Source: an uncultured delta proteobacterium
GTDB lineage: Bacteria > Desulfobacterota > Desulfuromonadia > Geobacterales > DSM-12255
Assembly: GCA_963787125.1 (NCBI GenBank)
Contig: CAWBBV010000023.1
Location: 32,001 to 96,000, forward strand
Reading direction: 5' to 3'
DNA length: 64,000 nt
In this document: positions 39,819 through 49,407 of the stretch, piece by piece
Position numbering within the stretch: position 1 is the first letter of the stretch
How the letters are laid out: the number at the start of each line of letters is the position of its first letter
The notes under the pieces: model-generated
Seen by the model: only the letters and a program-made list of their open reading frames with translations
The model's database searches: none
What the model was told of the DNA's origin: nothing
Translations under genes and position numbers: made by a program

Positions 39819-40982
39819 ATGCTGATTACACGTATAAAATTAAAAAACTGGCGGAATTTCAAGAAAGTGGATGTGAATCTGCGCGACCGAGTCTATGTCA
39901 TTGGCCCGAATGCTGCCGGGAAGTCAAACTTTCTTGATGTAATGCGTTTTCTGCGAGATATCGCAAACCCAACTGGAGGCGGTTTGCAAAAAGCCGTGCT
40001 GGATCGGGGCGGAATAACCAAATTACGCTGTCTGCTGGCTCGCAATGACCCGAAAGTCTCTATCGAAGTCGAACTATCTGAAAAAGTAGATACTGATCCT
40101 CTTTGGCGGTATACTCTTGCATTTCGCAGTGAAGGTAAAGGACAGCAGCGGCTCTTAGTGAGTCAGGAGATGGTCATTAATCTGAAGACCAATGCTGTTC
40201 TGTTGGACCGCCCTGACGATAACGATAAGCTGGATATTGATCGTCTGACTCAAACTCACCTTGAGCAAATCAACACAAATAGAGAATTTCGTGAAATATC
40301 TGAATTTTTTGCCAATGTGACTTATCTGCATCTGGTTCCGCAGTTGCTCAAACATGCTGACCAACTGGGGGGGTATCGCATTGAAAACGATCCTTTCGGG
40401 CAGGCTTTTCTTGAAAGGATTGCAAAAACACAAGATAAGGCACAAACCTCCCGCCTTGCTAAAATCGGCGATGTATTGAAGATTTGCGTGCCGAATATGC
40501 GAAATCTACGGTTTAAGCGCGACGAAGTAACCGGTACCCCTCATCTTGAAGCCATGTATGAACACTGGCGGCCCGATGCCGGCTGGCAGAGAGAGGACCA
40601 GTTTTCCGATGGCACACTTCGCCTTCTCGGAATAATGTGGAGTCTGCTGGAGGGCGATTCTCTTTTATTGCTCGAAGAGCCGGAGCTATCTCTTAATGAG
40701 GATATTGTTCGCCAGATTCATAAAATGATATGGAACATGCAGCGTCAGGCGAAGTACCGCCGTCAGGTGTTCATCACTACTCACAGCGAGGCGCTTCTTC
40801 AAGATGAGAGCATCGATGCCCGAGAAGTGATCCGCCTCGAACCAACAAAGGATGGAACAGTTGCACAGGAAACGTCTACTGAAGACCTGGCCCTTGTCGC
40901 GGCCGGTTATACAGTTGCGGAAGTATTGCTACCCAAGACCAGACCGTCACATGTTAATCAGCTTTCCCTGTTCAAACCATGA
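39819..40982 (+). CDS. AAA_21/ABC-type ATPase (putative defence-associated)
   Basis: LKNWRNF, GPNAAGKSN, FSDGTLR, LLLLEEPE, ITTHS. Confidence 0.85.
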   Translation: MLITRIKLKNWRNFKKVDVNLRDRVYVIGPNAAGKSNFLDVMRFLRDIANPTGGGLQKAVLDRGGITKLRCLLARNDPKVSIEVELSEKVDTDPLWRYTLAFRSEGKGQQRLLVSQEMVINLKTNAVLLDRPDDNDKLDIDRLTQTHLEQINTNREFREISEFFANVTYLHLVPQLLKHADQLGGYRIENDPFGQAFLERIAKTQDKAQTSRLAKIGDVLKICVPNMRNLRFKRDEVTGTPHLEAMYEHWRPDAGWQREDQFSDGTLRLLGIMWSLLEGDSLLLLEEPELSLNEDIVRQIHKMIWNMQRQAKYRRQVFITTHSEALLQDESIDAREVIRLEPTKDGTVAQETSTEDLALVAAGYTVAEVLLPKTRPSHVNQLSLFKP

Positions 40983-41584
40983 CTATTACACCCTCTATTG
41001 TAATTGCCGTTGAAGACGAATTAAGCGGAGCGGTGATGTGCAGGCTGATTTTATTTTCAGGGCGTAATTTTACCATCAACCGTGTTTTCAACGCTCGTGG
41101 CAATGTTCGTTTGAAGTCCGGAATGAACAAATTCCGTGAGGCCAGTCGGGTGCTTCCTCATATTGTCTTGACCGATCTGGACAGTTGCCCTTGTCCGCCG
41201 GAACTAATTGAAAAATGGAACGCCAAACAGTTGCCGTCGCAGTTGCTTTTCAGAATTGCGGTAAGAGAAGTTGAAGCCTGGCTGATGGCCGATAGAGCTG
41301 GAATCGCGGAGTTTCTGCACATAGCTGCCAGTAAGGTTCCTCAGGCGCCAGAGACAGAGGCAGATCCAAAGAGGACATTGATCAATCTTGCCAGGAAAAG
41401 CAGAAAGCGGCGACTGGCTCAAGAGATTGTTCCGGAAGTCGGTTCTTCAGCTAAAATCGGCCCACTTTACAATTCTCATTTTGTCAATTTCGTTAACACT
41501 TGCTGGAACATAGAGCAAGCTCGCTTATGTGCGCCAAGTCTGGACCGAGCGCTAGCCCGCATCGTTACCTTTTTGGCTGAGTAA
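40979..41584 (+). CDS. DUF4276-like / TOPRIM-like protein coupled to the ATPase
   Basis: IAVEDE, LTDLD, EVEAWLMAD, DPK, PSL; ATGA overlap. Confidence 0.7.
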   Translation: MTITPSIVIAVEDELSGAVMCRLILFSGRNFTINRVFNARGNVRLKSGMNKFREASRVLPHIVLTDLDSCPCPPELIEKWNAKQLPSQLLFRIAVREVEAWLMADRAGIAEFLHIAASKVPQAPETEADPKRTLINLARKSRKRRLAQEIVPEVGSSAKIGPLYNSHFVNFVNTCWNIEQARLCAPSLDRALARIVTFLAE

Positions 41585-42100
41585 TCAACGGAGAAAGTAC
41601 TAGAAGGCCTCCGGACGATATCGGGTTCGAGTCTGTACGCAGCAACAAACTTGCCGGCCATCAAATTTAACCCATTCTGCCTTCACCCACCCCATATTTC
41701 ACCCCCCTACTTGAAGTCACAGCATAATCATAACAGTTGCTAACTATTGTCAGGTGAACCCTCTGGATTAAATGCTCGCGCTAATAACAAAGGGGAGTGC
41801 AAATGACAAACTCTTCTTTCCCCTGTAATACCGGTCGAAATATTAAAGTCCGGAAGTGACTTCGCTTTAGTTATCGTTACAGTTTTAGATCGGCACTGTT
41901 TCGAGTCAAACATTATTTTTAATTTGACATAAACTTGCAAATATATCTTGATTTAATTTTTTCAGATGGATATTATAAAACAAAAGCAGAACATCGTTAT
42001 CCTCCTAATTAAACCATAGATGGCTGAAAATATTATAATTTAAAGGACAGCTAATTATAAGTAACATTCCAAGTGATGTTTAAAATAACAGTTTTATTAC

Positions 42101-42190
42101 TGTTTTGACGATAATACTAAACCATTCGCGAGAATGGGGCGGAAAGCCTAATGGGTCTCAAGGAGACAGCCGGGTTGCCGAATCGAACAT
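42101..42190 (+). ncRNA. GEMM-I cyclic dinucleotide riboswitch 1 (cGAMP-type GEMM-Ib sequence)
   Basis: CGATAATACTAAACCATTCGCGAGAATGGGGCGGAAAGCC...GGGTCTC..GAGACAGCCGGGTTGCCGAA. Confidence 0.92.
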
Positions 42191-42211
42191 GATATCGGCC
42201 CCGGCTTTTTT
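42168..42211 (+). terminator. Expression-platform terminator of riboswitch 1
   Basis: AGCCGGGTTGCCGA...TCGGCCCCGGCTTTTTT overlaps the aptamer 3' strand. Confidence 0.8.
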
Positions 42212-42310
42212 GCGGGCTAAATTCAGGGAAAGGGGGTGAGATTGGCTACGTATGGCTATACAAATAAAGCTCGGATTTTTGGAATGGAGTAGCGGTAGTA
42301 CAACCCTGAA

Positions 42311-42399
42311 GTGATAGCCGATAATACTAAACCATCTGCAAGGATGGGGCGGAAAGCCCACAGGGCCTCAAGCAGGCAGCCGGGTTGCCGAAATATCAC
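42311..42399 (+). ncRNA. GEMM-I cyclic dinucleotide riboswitch 2 (cGAMP-type GEMM-Ib sequence)
   Basis: GTGATAGCCGATAATACTAAACCATCTGCAAGGATGGGGCGGAAAGCC...CAGCCGGGTTGCCGAAATATCAC. Confidence 0.92.
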
Positions 42400-42436
42400 C
42401 TAAACTGTCACCCGATATCGGGGGAAGGAAAGGTGA

Positions 42437-43582
42437 ATGACTATGGAAACCAAATTAGTTGGATCAACGGAAAGTGGACTTAAAATCAGAATTTACACCG
42501 TGCTGGCGGCAGTCTGCCTGCTGGTGCTGGCGACAGCGGGACTCGCCCGGGCAGTAACCCCCTGGTACGCTTCAATGGGTACCCATATTATCGTCATGAA
42601 GCCGGATGGTACGGTCTGGACTGTGGGCAATAACCAATACGGGCAGCTGGGCATGGGCAGCAGTATTGAGGAGAGTAATGAACCCGGCCAGGTACCAGGT
42701 ATCTACAACGTCGTCGCTGTTGCTGCCGGTCGGATGCATTCCGTGGCGCTGCGGCAGGATGGCACGGTCTGGGCCTGGGGTAATAATAAGTACGGCCAGT
42801 TGGGGGACGGTACCATTACGGACAGCTCAACTCCGGTGCAGGTCTTCGGGCTCAAGGATGTGATTGCAATTACCGCCGGCTATCGTCATGTGGCGGCGCT
42901 TAAAAAAGATGGCACTGTCTGGGCCTGGGGGAGTAATCACTCCGGTCAACTGGGGCAAGAGGGGAGCAGGTCTTTTCTTACACCGATTCAGGTCACGGAG
43001 TTAAAGGGGGTCACTGCTATCAGTGCCGGGTCGTTCCAGACGGCAGCTTTGAAGAGTGATGGTAGCGTCTGGACCTGGGGTTTCAACGGCTCCGGTCAAC
43101 TTGGTAGCGCCAACAGGGAAAGCAGCTACAATGTGCCGGGAAAAGTGGCTGAACTGGGCAATATCATTGCCATTACTGCCGGCAATAATCATATGGCGGC
43201 ACTAAAAAATGACGGTACCATCTGGGCCTGGGGGAGCAATATTGCCAGTCAGCTCGGTAATGACTCTGTCTATGAAGGCAGCCTGCATCCGATGAAGGTA
43301 AGCGGACTGACGGGTGTCAAGGATATTACCGCTAAAGTCAATCATACTTTTGCGTTGATGCAGGACGGTACGGTCATGGCCTGGGGCGATAGCAGCAGTG
43401 GTCAATGGGGGAACGGGATCGCGATGAATGGCAGTGCCGTCCCGGTGCAGATGCGCGGTGTCAGCGGTCTGATAGCTGTTGCGGCTATCGGCAATCCAAT
43501 GACGCTGGTTAAAAACGCAGAGGTTGCAGTTAGTGATGACCTCTCCAGAGCAGAAAATCTCCTGACCAAGGCAACCTGGTAA
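42437..43582 (+). CDS. Exported RCC1-repeat beta-propeller protein
   Basis: Signal/TM segment, then about six ~50-aa repeats (ALKxDGTVWAWGxNxxGQLG). Confidence 0.9.
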   Translation: MTMETKLVGSTESGLKIRIYTVLAAVCLLVLATAGLARAVTPWYASMGTHIIVMKPDGTVWTVGNNQYGQLGMGSSIEESNEPGQVPGIYNVVAVAAGRMHSVALRQDGTVWAWGNNKYGQLGDGTITDSSTPVQVFGLKDVIAITAGYRHVAALKKDGTVWAWGSNHSGQLGQEGSRSFLTPIQVTELKGVTAISAGSFQTAALKSDGSVWTWGFNGSGQLGSANRESSYNVPGKVAELGNIIAITAGNNHMAALKNDGTIWAWGSNIASQLGNDSVYEGSLHPMKVSGLTGVKDITAKVNHTFALMQDGTVMAWGDSSSGQWGNGIAMNGSAVPVQMRGVSGLIAVAAIGNPMTLVKNAEVAVSDDLSRAENLLTKATW

Positions 43583-43621
43583 TCCCTGCAGCCGGGGTAC
43601 CAGCCAAAAAAGGATCGAATT

Positions 43622-43897
43622 ATGAAAATATTTATGGCGATTATTCTCTGCGCGCTCTTTACCGGCAGTGCTATGGCGGCTGATGTTTTTACCCTGCCCG
43701 CGTCAAAGGGGCAAGTCACCTTCCCTCACAAGAAGCATCAGGAGATGCTGAAAGATTGCATCAAGTGTCACGAAAAGGGCCCAGGTAAAATTGCGGAATT
43801 GGGGAAAACCTGGGCCCACAAGGTCTGCGTCGGCTGCCATAAAAGTACCAATAAAGGGCCGGTGCGCTGCGCAGATTGTCATATGGAACATAATTAG
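43622..43897 (+). CDS. Periplasmic triheme cytochrome c7 (PpcA family)
   Basis: Signal peptide, VTFPHKKHQ, CIKCH, CVGCH, CADCH. Confidence 0.92.
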   Translation: MKIFMAIILCALFTGSAMAADVFTLPASKGQVTFPHKKHQEMLKDCIKCHEKGPGKIAELGKTWAHKVCVGCHKSTNKGPVRCADCHMEHN

Positions 43898-43911
43898 GTC
43901 TGCTTTGTTTA

Positions 43912-43951
43912 GCGCTAATAATCCGTGTCCAGTGGGCACGGATTATTAGCG
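43912..43951 (+). terminator. Hairpin after the cytochrome gene
   Basis: GCGCTAATAATCCGTGTCC-AGT-GGGCACGGATTATTAGCGC. Confidence 0.75.
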
Positions 43952-44078
43952 CAGTAAACGTCACCGCTTGAGCAACCCCGTCACCAAAACTGCCTAAAAG
44001 TAAAGCGCCCTGCCTTTTCTTCGCCAGTCCGAACAGATTAATTGCCAGTAAAACATTGTAAAATCAGCTGGTTATGGC

Positions 44079-44096
44079 TTGGCACGGCCGCTGCAT
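44079..44096 (+). promoter_or_regulatory. Sigma54 promoter of nifEN
   Basis: TTGGCACGGCCGCTGCAT; possible NtrC-type site TGCCT-N7-AAGCG at 43991-44007. Confidence 0.85.
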
Positions 44097-44140
44097 CTCC
44101 TTTCATTAACAACAATGTTACGAAAAAGGCGGTGACTGTT

Positions 44141-46900
44141 ATGGCCAGACCAGATTATTACGATGCCCCGGAATGTGATATTGATCAGGCAAAAGGCGCC
44201 CCGAAGTTCTGCAAGAAATCAGAGCCGGGGGAAGGTACCGAACGCTCCTGCGCCTATGACGGCGCCCGGGTCGTGTTGATGCCGATAACTGATGTCATCC
44301 ATCTCGTTCATGGGCCGATTGCCTGTGCCGGTAACTCCTGGGATAATCGAGGGGCCCGCTCCAGCGGCGCGCAGCTCTACCGCCGTGGCTTCACCACCGA
44401 GATGCTCCAGAACGATGTCATCTTCGGCGGTGAAAAAAAGCTCTACAAAGCGATTCAGGAGCTCGCAGGCCGTTATCCCGAGGCCAAGGCGATTTTTGTT
44501 TATGCCACCTGTGTAACCGCCATGACCGGTGATGATATCGAAACTGTCTGCAAGGCTGCCGCGGAAAAGGTTGCTATCCCGGTTATTCCGGTCAATACCC
44601 CCGGTTTCATCGGTGACAAGAATATCGGCAACCGCCTCGCCGGTGAGATTCTTTTCAAGTATGTCATCGGCACGGCCGAGCCGGAGTCACTCGGGGAGTA
44701 TCCCATAAACCTCATCGGCGAGTACAATATCGCCGGTGATCTCTGGGGGATGCTGCCGCTCTTTGACCGTCTGGGAATCCAGGTGCTGTCCTGTTTCAGC
44801 GGTGACGCCAGGTTTGAGGAGCTCCGTTATGCCCACCGGGCAAAACTCAACGTCATTATCTGTTCCAAGTCCCTGACCAATCTTGCCAAAAAGATGCAGA
44901 AGAGCTACGGCATGCCTTATATCGAAGAGTCGTTCTACGGTCTGACCGACACCGCCAAGGCGCTACGGGACATCGCCCGCGAGCTGGACGACGCGGTCAA
45001 CGGCCTGGAAAAGCGGACGATGCAGGATCGGGTTGAGCGGCTTATAGCCGAGGAAGAAGAGAAATGCCGGGTTGCCATCGCCCCCTATCGGGCCAGGCTG
45101 ACCGGTAAAAGGTCGGTGCTGTTTACCGGCGGCGTCAAGACCTGGTCCATGGTCAATGCCCTGCGCGAACTGGGGGTGGAGATTCTGGCTGCCGGGACTC
45201 AGAATTCAACTCTCGAAGATTTTTACCGGATGAAAGCGCTGATGCACGCGGACGCCAAAATTATCGACGACACCAGCACCGCCGGTCTGCTGGCGGTTAT
45301 GTACGAAAAGATGCCTGATCTGATCGTTGCCGGTGGCAAAACCAAATTTCTTGCCCTGAAGACCAAGACTCCGTTTCTCGACATCAATCATGGCCGTTCC
45401 CACCCGTATGCCGGTTATGACGGCATGGTGGCTTTTGCCCGGCAGCTTGACCTGACAGTCAATAATCCGATCTGGCCGGTTCTGAACGGTAAGGCTCCCT
45501 GGGAGAAGTCTGCCGCTGAAGTGACTGCCGATCTGGCTTTTGCGAAAGCCCATGCTGAAAGACTTGAAGCGCAAGAGATGAAAGAGTCGCGGGTCAAAGT
45601 GCCGTTGAAAAGCGCCACCGTTAATCCGCAGAAGAACTCTCCCGCTCTTGGCGCCACCCTGGCCTATCTGGGGATCGACCAGATGCTGGGACTGCTCCAT
45701 GGGGCGCAAGGGTGCTCCACTTTTATAAGGTTGCAGCTATCGCGCCACTTTAAAGAGTCCATCGCTCTCAATTCCACCAGTATGAGCGAAGATACCGCCA
45801 TTTTTGGTGGCTGGGAGAACCTGAAAAAAGGGCTGGGGCGAGTGATGGAAAAGTTTCATCCGGGGGTGGTCGGCGTCATGACCTCCGGCCTGACCGAGAC
45901 CATGGGGGATGATGTCCAAAGCGCCATTGTCCAGTTCCGCCGGGAAAACCCCCAGTATGACGAAATTCCGGTGGTCTGGTCCTCAACTCCCGATTACTGC
46001 GGCTCCATGCAGGAAGGGTATGGGGCGACGGTGAAAGCGATTGTGGCAACTATTCCGGAAGGGGGGGAGCCGCTTGCCGGGCAGATCAACCTGTTGCCAG
46101 GTTGTCAATTGACTCCGGCGGAAGTGGAGGAGCTGAAAGAGATCTGCACCGCTTTCGGCCTTGAGCCGATCGTTATTCCTGATATCTCCTGCGCCCTCGA
46201 CGGCCATATTGATGCAACCGTTTCGGCGCTTTCTGTCGGTGGCATAACGGTTGAGCGGCTTAAATCCGCCGGGCGGAGCGTCGCCACCCTCTACGTCGGT
46301 GATTCTCTGGCTGATGCGGCGAAGCTCCTGGAGGAAAAGTTCGCGATTCCGGCTTACGGCTTTACCTCTGTCACCGGTCTGGCCGAGTCTGATCTGTTTA
46401 TGGCAACCCTGGCTGAAATCTCCGGAATGCCGGTGCCGCTGAAATTGCGCCGCTGGCGCAGCCGTCTCATGGATGCCATGGTGGATAGTCACTATCAATT
46501 CGGTCTGAAGAAGGTGGCTCTGGCGCTGGAAGCTGATCACCTCAAGGGGATGACCCGCTTTCTGGCCTCCATGGGGTGCGAAATTCAGGCAGCCGTTGCC
46601 GCCACCCGTACCAGGGGACTTGACGGGCTACCGTGTGATAATGTCTTTGTCGGTGATCTGGAAGATCTTGAAACTGCCGCTGCCGGAGCTGATCTGCTGG
46701 TGGCCAACTCAAATGGTCGCCAGGCAGCAGCAAAGCTGAAAATCGGCGCCCACCTCCGCACCGGCCTGCCGGTATTCGACCGGCTTGGCGCCCACCAGAA
46801 GATGTGGGTCGGCTATCAGGGGACGCTGAATCTGGTCTTTGAAGTGGCGAACCTGTTCCAGGCCAACGCCAAAGAGGCCCAGAAGCTGGCGCATAATTAA
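44141..46900 (+). CDS. nifEN: Fused FeMo-cofactor scaffold NifEN
   Basis: NifE half (SCAYDGA, HGPIAC, YATC) fused in frame to NifN half (NPQKNSPALGA, HGAQGC). Confidence 0.96.
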   Translation: MARPDYYDAPECDIDQAKGAPKFCKKSEPGEGTERSCAYDGARVVLMPITDVIHLVHGPIACAGNSWDNRGARSSGAQLYRRGFTTEMLQNDVIFGGEKKLYKAIQELAGRYPEAKAIFVYATCVTAMTGDDIETVCKAAAEKVAIPVIPVNTPGFIGDKNIGNRLAGEILFKYVIGTAEPESLGEYPINLIGEYNIAGDLWGMLPLFDRLGIQVLSCFSGDARFEELRYAHRAKLNVIICSKSLTNLAKKMQKSYGMPYIEESFYGLTDTAKALRDIARELDDAVNGLEKRTMQDRVERLIAEEEEKCRVAIAPYRARLTGKRSVLFTGGVKTWSMVNALRELGVEILAAGTQNSTLEDFYRMKALMHADAKIIDDTSTAGLLAVMYEKMPDLIVAGGKTKFLALKTKTPFLDINHGRSHPYAGYDGMVAFARQLDLTVNNPIWPVLNGKAPWEKSAAEVTADLAFAKAHAERLEAQEMKESRVKVPLKSATVNPQKNSPALGATLAYLGIDQMLGLLHGAQGCSTFIRLQLSRHFKESIALNSTSMSEDTAIFGGWENLKKGLGRVMEKFHPGVVGVMTSGLTETMGDDVQSAIVQFRRENPQYDEIPVVWSSTPDYCGSMQEGYGATVKAIVATIPEGGEPLAGQINLLPGCQLTPAEVEELKEICTAFGLEPIVIPDISCALDGHIDATVSALSVGGITVERLKSAGRSVATLYVGDSLADAAKLLEEKFAIPAYGFTSVTGLAESDLFMATLAEISGMPVPLKLRRWRSRLMDAMVDSHYQFGLKKVALALEADHLKGMTRFLASMGCEIQAAVAATRTRGLDGLPCDNVFVGDLEDLETAAAGADLLVANSNGRQAAAKLKIGAHLRTGLPVFDRLGAHQKMWVGYQGTLNLVFEVANLFQANAKEAQKLAHN

Positions 46901-46925
46901 AGGGTGGAAATTCTCTTGACCTGCT

Positions 46926-47555
46926 TCAGTTGACGCCGGCAGCTACCGGTATCAGGATTTCATTGCGCCGCATGAACCAGAGGGTGAAGGGGGGATTGTA
47001 ACGGGCCCAGACCGGTTCACCGCTAACGGTAAAGCGGTTATCTTTAACCCATTTTTCCAGCTTTTCTTTGTGGAGCAGATACTTCTCTTCACTCCAGGAG
47101 CCGGAATAGCGAACAACAGCCACCCGGCGGGCAGGAACCTGCCGCAGACTTATGTCCGGGTTATCAGGAGTCGGCAGAGTTTCCAGGGTGGATAATGCCG
47201 GCATCATGAAGCTGACCGCCCACTTTCCCTGTATTCTCTGCTGGCTGACCGGAGCGGTCATGGATATTTTCTCCCCCTGTTGTTCCTGGGATACAGGAGC
47301 TGTCATAGCGATCTTGCCGCGTGCTTTGTTGTCACCGGAGATGTAGCGAAACAGGGGCCTGAACGCCTTGTTGCCGGCACCCTCCAGATCTCCGTCAACA
47401 ATGATTTCAGCAAGAATCACCGCTGGGTACTCACGCAACTCGAAAGGCTCGTCGGTTCTTAAAACTTTGTAAGGGGCTTCTTCTGTTGACATGACAGGTA
47501 TCGCTCCTATGAGGATGAGAGAGGTTATCGCTATGACCAATCGTAGCAGTTTCAT
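46926..47555 (-). CDS. SOUL family heme-binding protein
   Basis: FELREY, AFRPLFRYISG, KIAMTAPV, ARYNPP, RRNEI. Confidence 0.88.
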   Translation of the reverse strand: MKLLRLVIAITSLILIGAIPVMSTEEAPYKVLRTDEPFELREYPAVILAEIIVDGDLEGAGNKAFRPLFRYISGDNKARGKIAMTAPVSQEQQGEKISMTAPVSQQRIQGKWAVSFMMPALSTLETLPTPDNPDISLRQVPARRVAVVRYSGSWSEEKYLLHKEKLEKWVKDNRFTVSGEPVWARYNPPFTLWFMRRNEILIPVAAGVN

Positions 47556-47786
47556 TTGCAACCACCAGAAACCTTTCCGGGCAGATAGTGCCCGACGAAC
47601 CATTCATTGCCGTTATTATAGTTAAACAGTTCAGCGTCGGCCATTCCCCTCATAATCCCTCCCGTTTCTGTTAATTATAGCAGGTTATGATATAGTTCCT
47701 GAAATTTCATTAAGGATGCGGGTTAACCCGTTTCGCCTTGTCGTTTACTGCGTCTAAAACGTACTACGGAAAAAGGAGCAACAGCT

Positions 47787-48158
47787 ATGAATCTTTACGA
47801 ACTGTTTACCCATCCCGGACTGGGAGTTATGTCCACCTCCTCGCCGGATGGCAAAGTCAACAGTGCGGTCTATGCCCGGCCGCATGTCATCGATGAAACC
47901 ACACTGGTCTGGGGTATGACCGATAAGCGCAGCTATCAGAACCTGACCCGCAACCGGCAGGCAGCTTACCTGTTCAAGACCAGCGGCCCCGGTTTCAGCG
48001 GGGTGCGCCTGGGATTGGAGTTGATCAAGACCGAGGAGGCGGGTGAGCTGCTGCTGACCATCAAGGCAAACACCGATGAAATTGTCGGCCCGGGTGCCGG
48101 TGCCGCCGTGACCCATGCGGTCTGGTTTCGGATCACAGAGCTCCGGCCACTGATCTGA
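47787..48158 (+). CDS. Pyridoxamine 5'-phosphate oxidase-like FMN-binding protein
   Basis: MSTSSPDGKVNSAVY, SYQNLTRN. Confidence 0.75.
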   Translation: MNLYELFTHPGLGVMSTSSPDGKVNSAVYARPHVIDETTLVWGMTDKRSYQNLTRNRQAAYLFKTSGPGFSGVRLGLELIKTEEAGELLLTIKANTDEIVGPGAGAAVTHAVWFRITELRPLI

Positions 48159-48171
48159 CCCGGGGGATCGT

Positions 48172-49347
48172 ATGAATATGCACATCAAAACCCTTATCGC
48201 CGGAGATATCGTTAGCAGCAATAAGCGTAAGCTGAAATTCACTGCTCTTGGTTTTGCTCTGTTTGCGATCACCTGTATTTCCTGGTCGTCGCATGTAGAA
48301 GCAGCTGAGCTGATAATCAGCATTGATAATCCACCGAACAGCGGGGCAGTGATTGCGATGCTGTTCAACTCCAAAAGTACGTTTGTCGATCTTCGTGATC
48401 CATTTAAGACCATCACTCTTCCGTCAGGGGGAACTAATCCCGGACGAATAAAGGATCTGATAGCCGGCGAATATGCGCTGGTCGTTTACCACGATGAGAA
48501 TGGCAATGGCCGCTTGGACGAGAACTTCATTGGTATCCCGAGTGAGCCCCTTGGTTTCTCGAACCGCTACTGGCCACAGGGGCCGCCCACATTTGCCAAT
48601 GCCGCGTTCAGGCTCGAAGCCGATGAAACTAAATCTATCAATGTCAAACTGCAGTCCGTATTTGGAAAGTCAGGCATACTTAGCTTGGGAGTAGGTGTAA
48701 TCTCGAATACGAGTCCATACCGTGATGCAAAAAGCTGGAATGTTATGCCCATTCCGGCGATCAGTTACATCGGTGACCGAATACAGGTTCTTGGTCTGAC
48801 TACCAACTGCAAAATCTTGGAGTGGAGTGATTTTTCACTGGCAGCGACTGCAAGCTACCGGTTTGGGGCCTATCGCGAGAAAGACAGCTCCTACCTGCAG
48901 GGTATGGGAAATCGCAAAGACACCATTTTGGGAGGGCTGGCATTGCGGTATAAATTGCCCGAGGGTTTCAAGCTTTCTGCAGGTTATGAGCATGATATAC
49001 TTGATCGAACAGGCGGCGGGATAGGGCTCTTAGGTTTGGAAAAGGCCTTTCAGCAGAACTTGCTGACGATTTCACCGAAAATTTCACTTAACTGGCTTAC
49101 CGATAAACTTGCTGACTACGAATACGGAGTGTCTGTTGCTCAAGCCCGTACGGACAGACCGGCATATCATCCAGGTGATGCAGTTAATCTCGAAGTCGGA
49201 GTTACCCTGTTTCGGGAACTTTATGAAAATTGGCAAATTATGCTTGGAAGCAGTGTTGTTTTCTTGTCCTCGAATCTAAAGGCCAGTCCGATTGTGGACC
49301 AGTCGCAACTACTCAATTTCTTTACAGCAGTCATTCGAAGGTTCTGA
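48172..49347 (+). CDS. DUF2141-MipA/OmpV fusion outer-membrane protein
   Basis: GEYALVVYHDENGNGRLD..GIPSEPLGFSN, then MipA-like barrel (PYR, GMGNRK, YEYGVS, SPIV) ending in Phe. Confidence 0.7.
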   Translation: MNMHIKTLIAGDIVSSNKRKLKFTALGFALFAITCISWSSHVEAAELIISIDNPPNSGAVIAMLFNSKSTFVDLRDPFKTITLPSGGTNPGRIKDLIAGEYALVVYHDENGNGRLDENFIGIPSEPLGFSNRYWPQGPPTFANAAFRLEADETKSINVKLQSVFGKSGILSLGVGVISNTSPYRDAKSWNVMPIPAISYIGDRIQVLGLTTNCKILEWSDFSLAATASYRFGAYREKDSSYLQGMGNRKDTILGGLALRYKLPEGFKLSAGYEHDILDRTGGGIGLLGLEKAFQQNLLTISPKISLNWLTDKLADYEYGVSVAQARTDRPAYHPGDAVNLEVGVTLFRELYENWQIMLGSSVVFLSSNLKASPIVDQSQLLNFFTAVIRRF

Positions 49348-49407
49348 AGTGGTGACAAGATAATGAACGCTAAATTGTCACCGGCATAACAGGAGCGTCA
49401 TGACACT

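Noticed and set aside
41600..42100. AT-rich intergenic stretch as a mobile element or ncRNA
   Set aside because: No terminal repeats, credible ORF or structure seen; most likely the promoter region of the riboswitch leader
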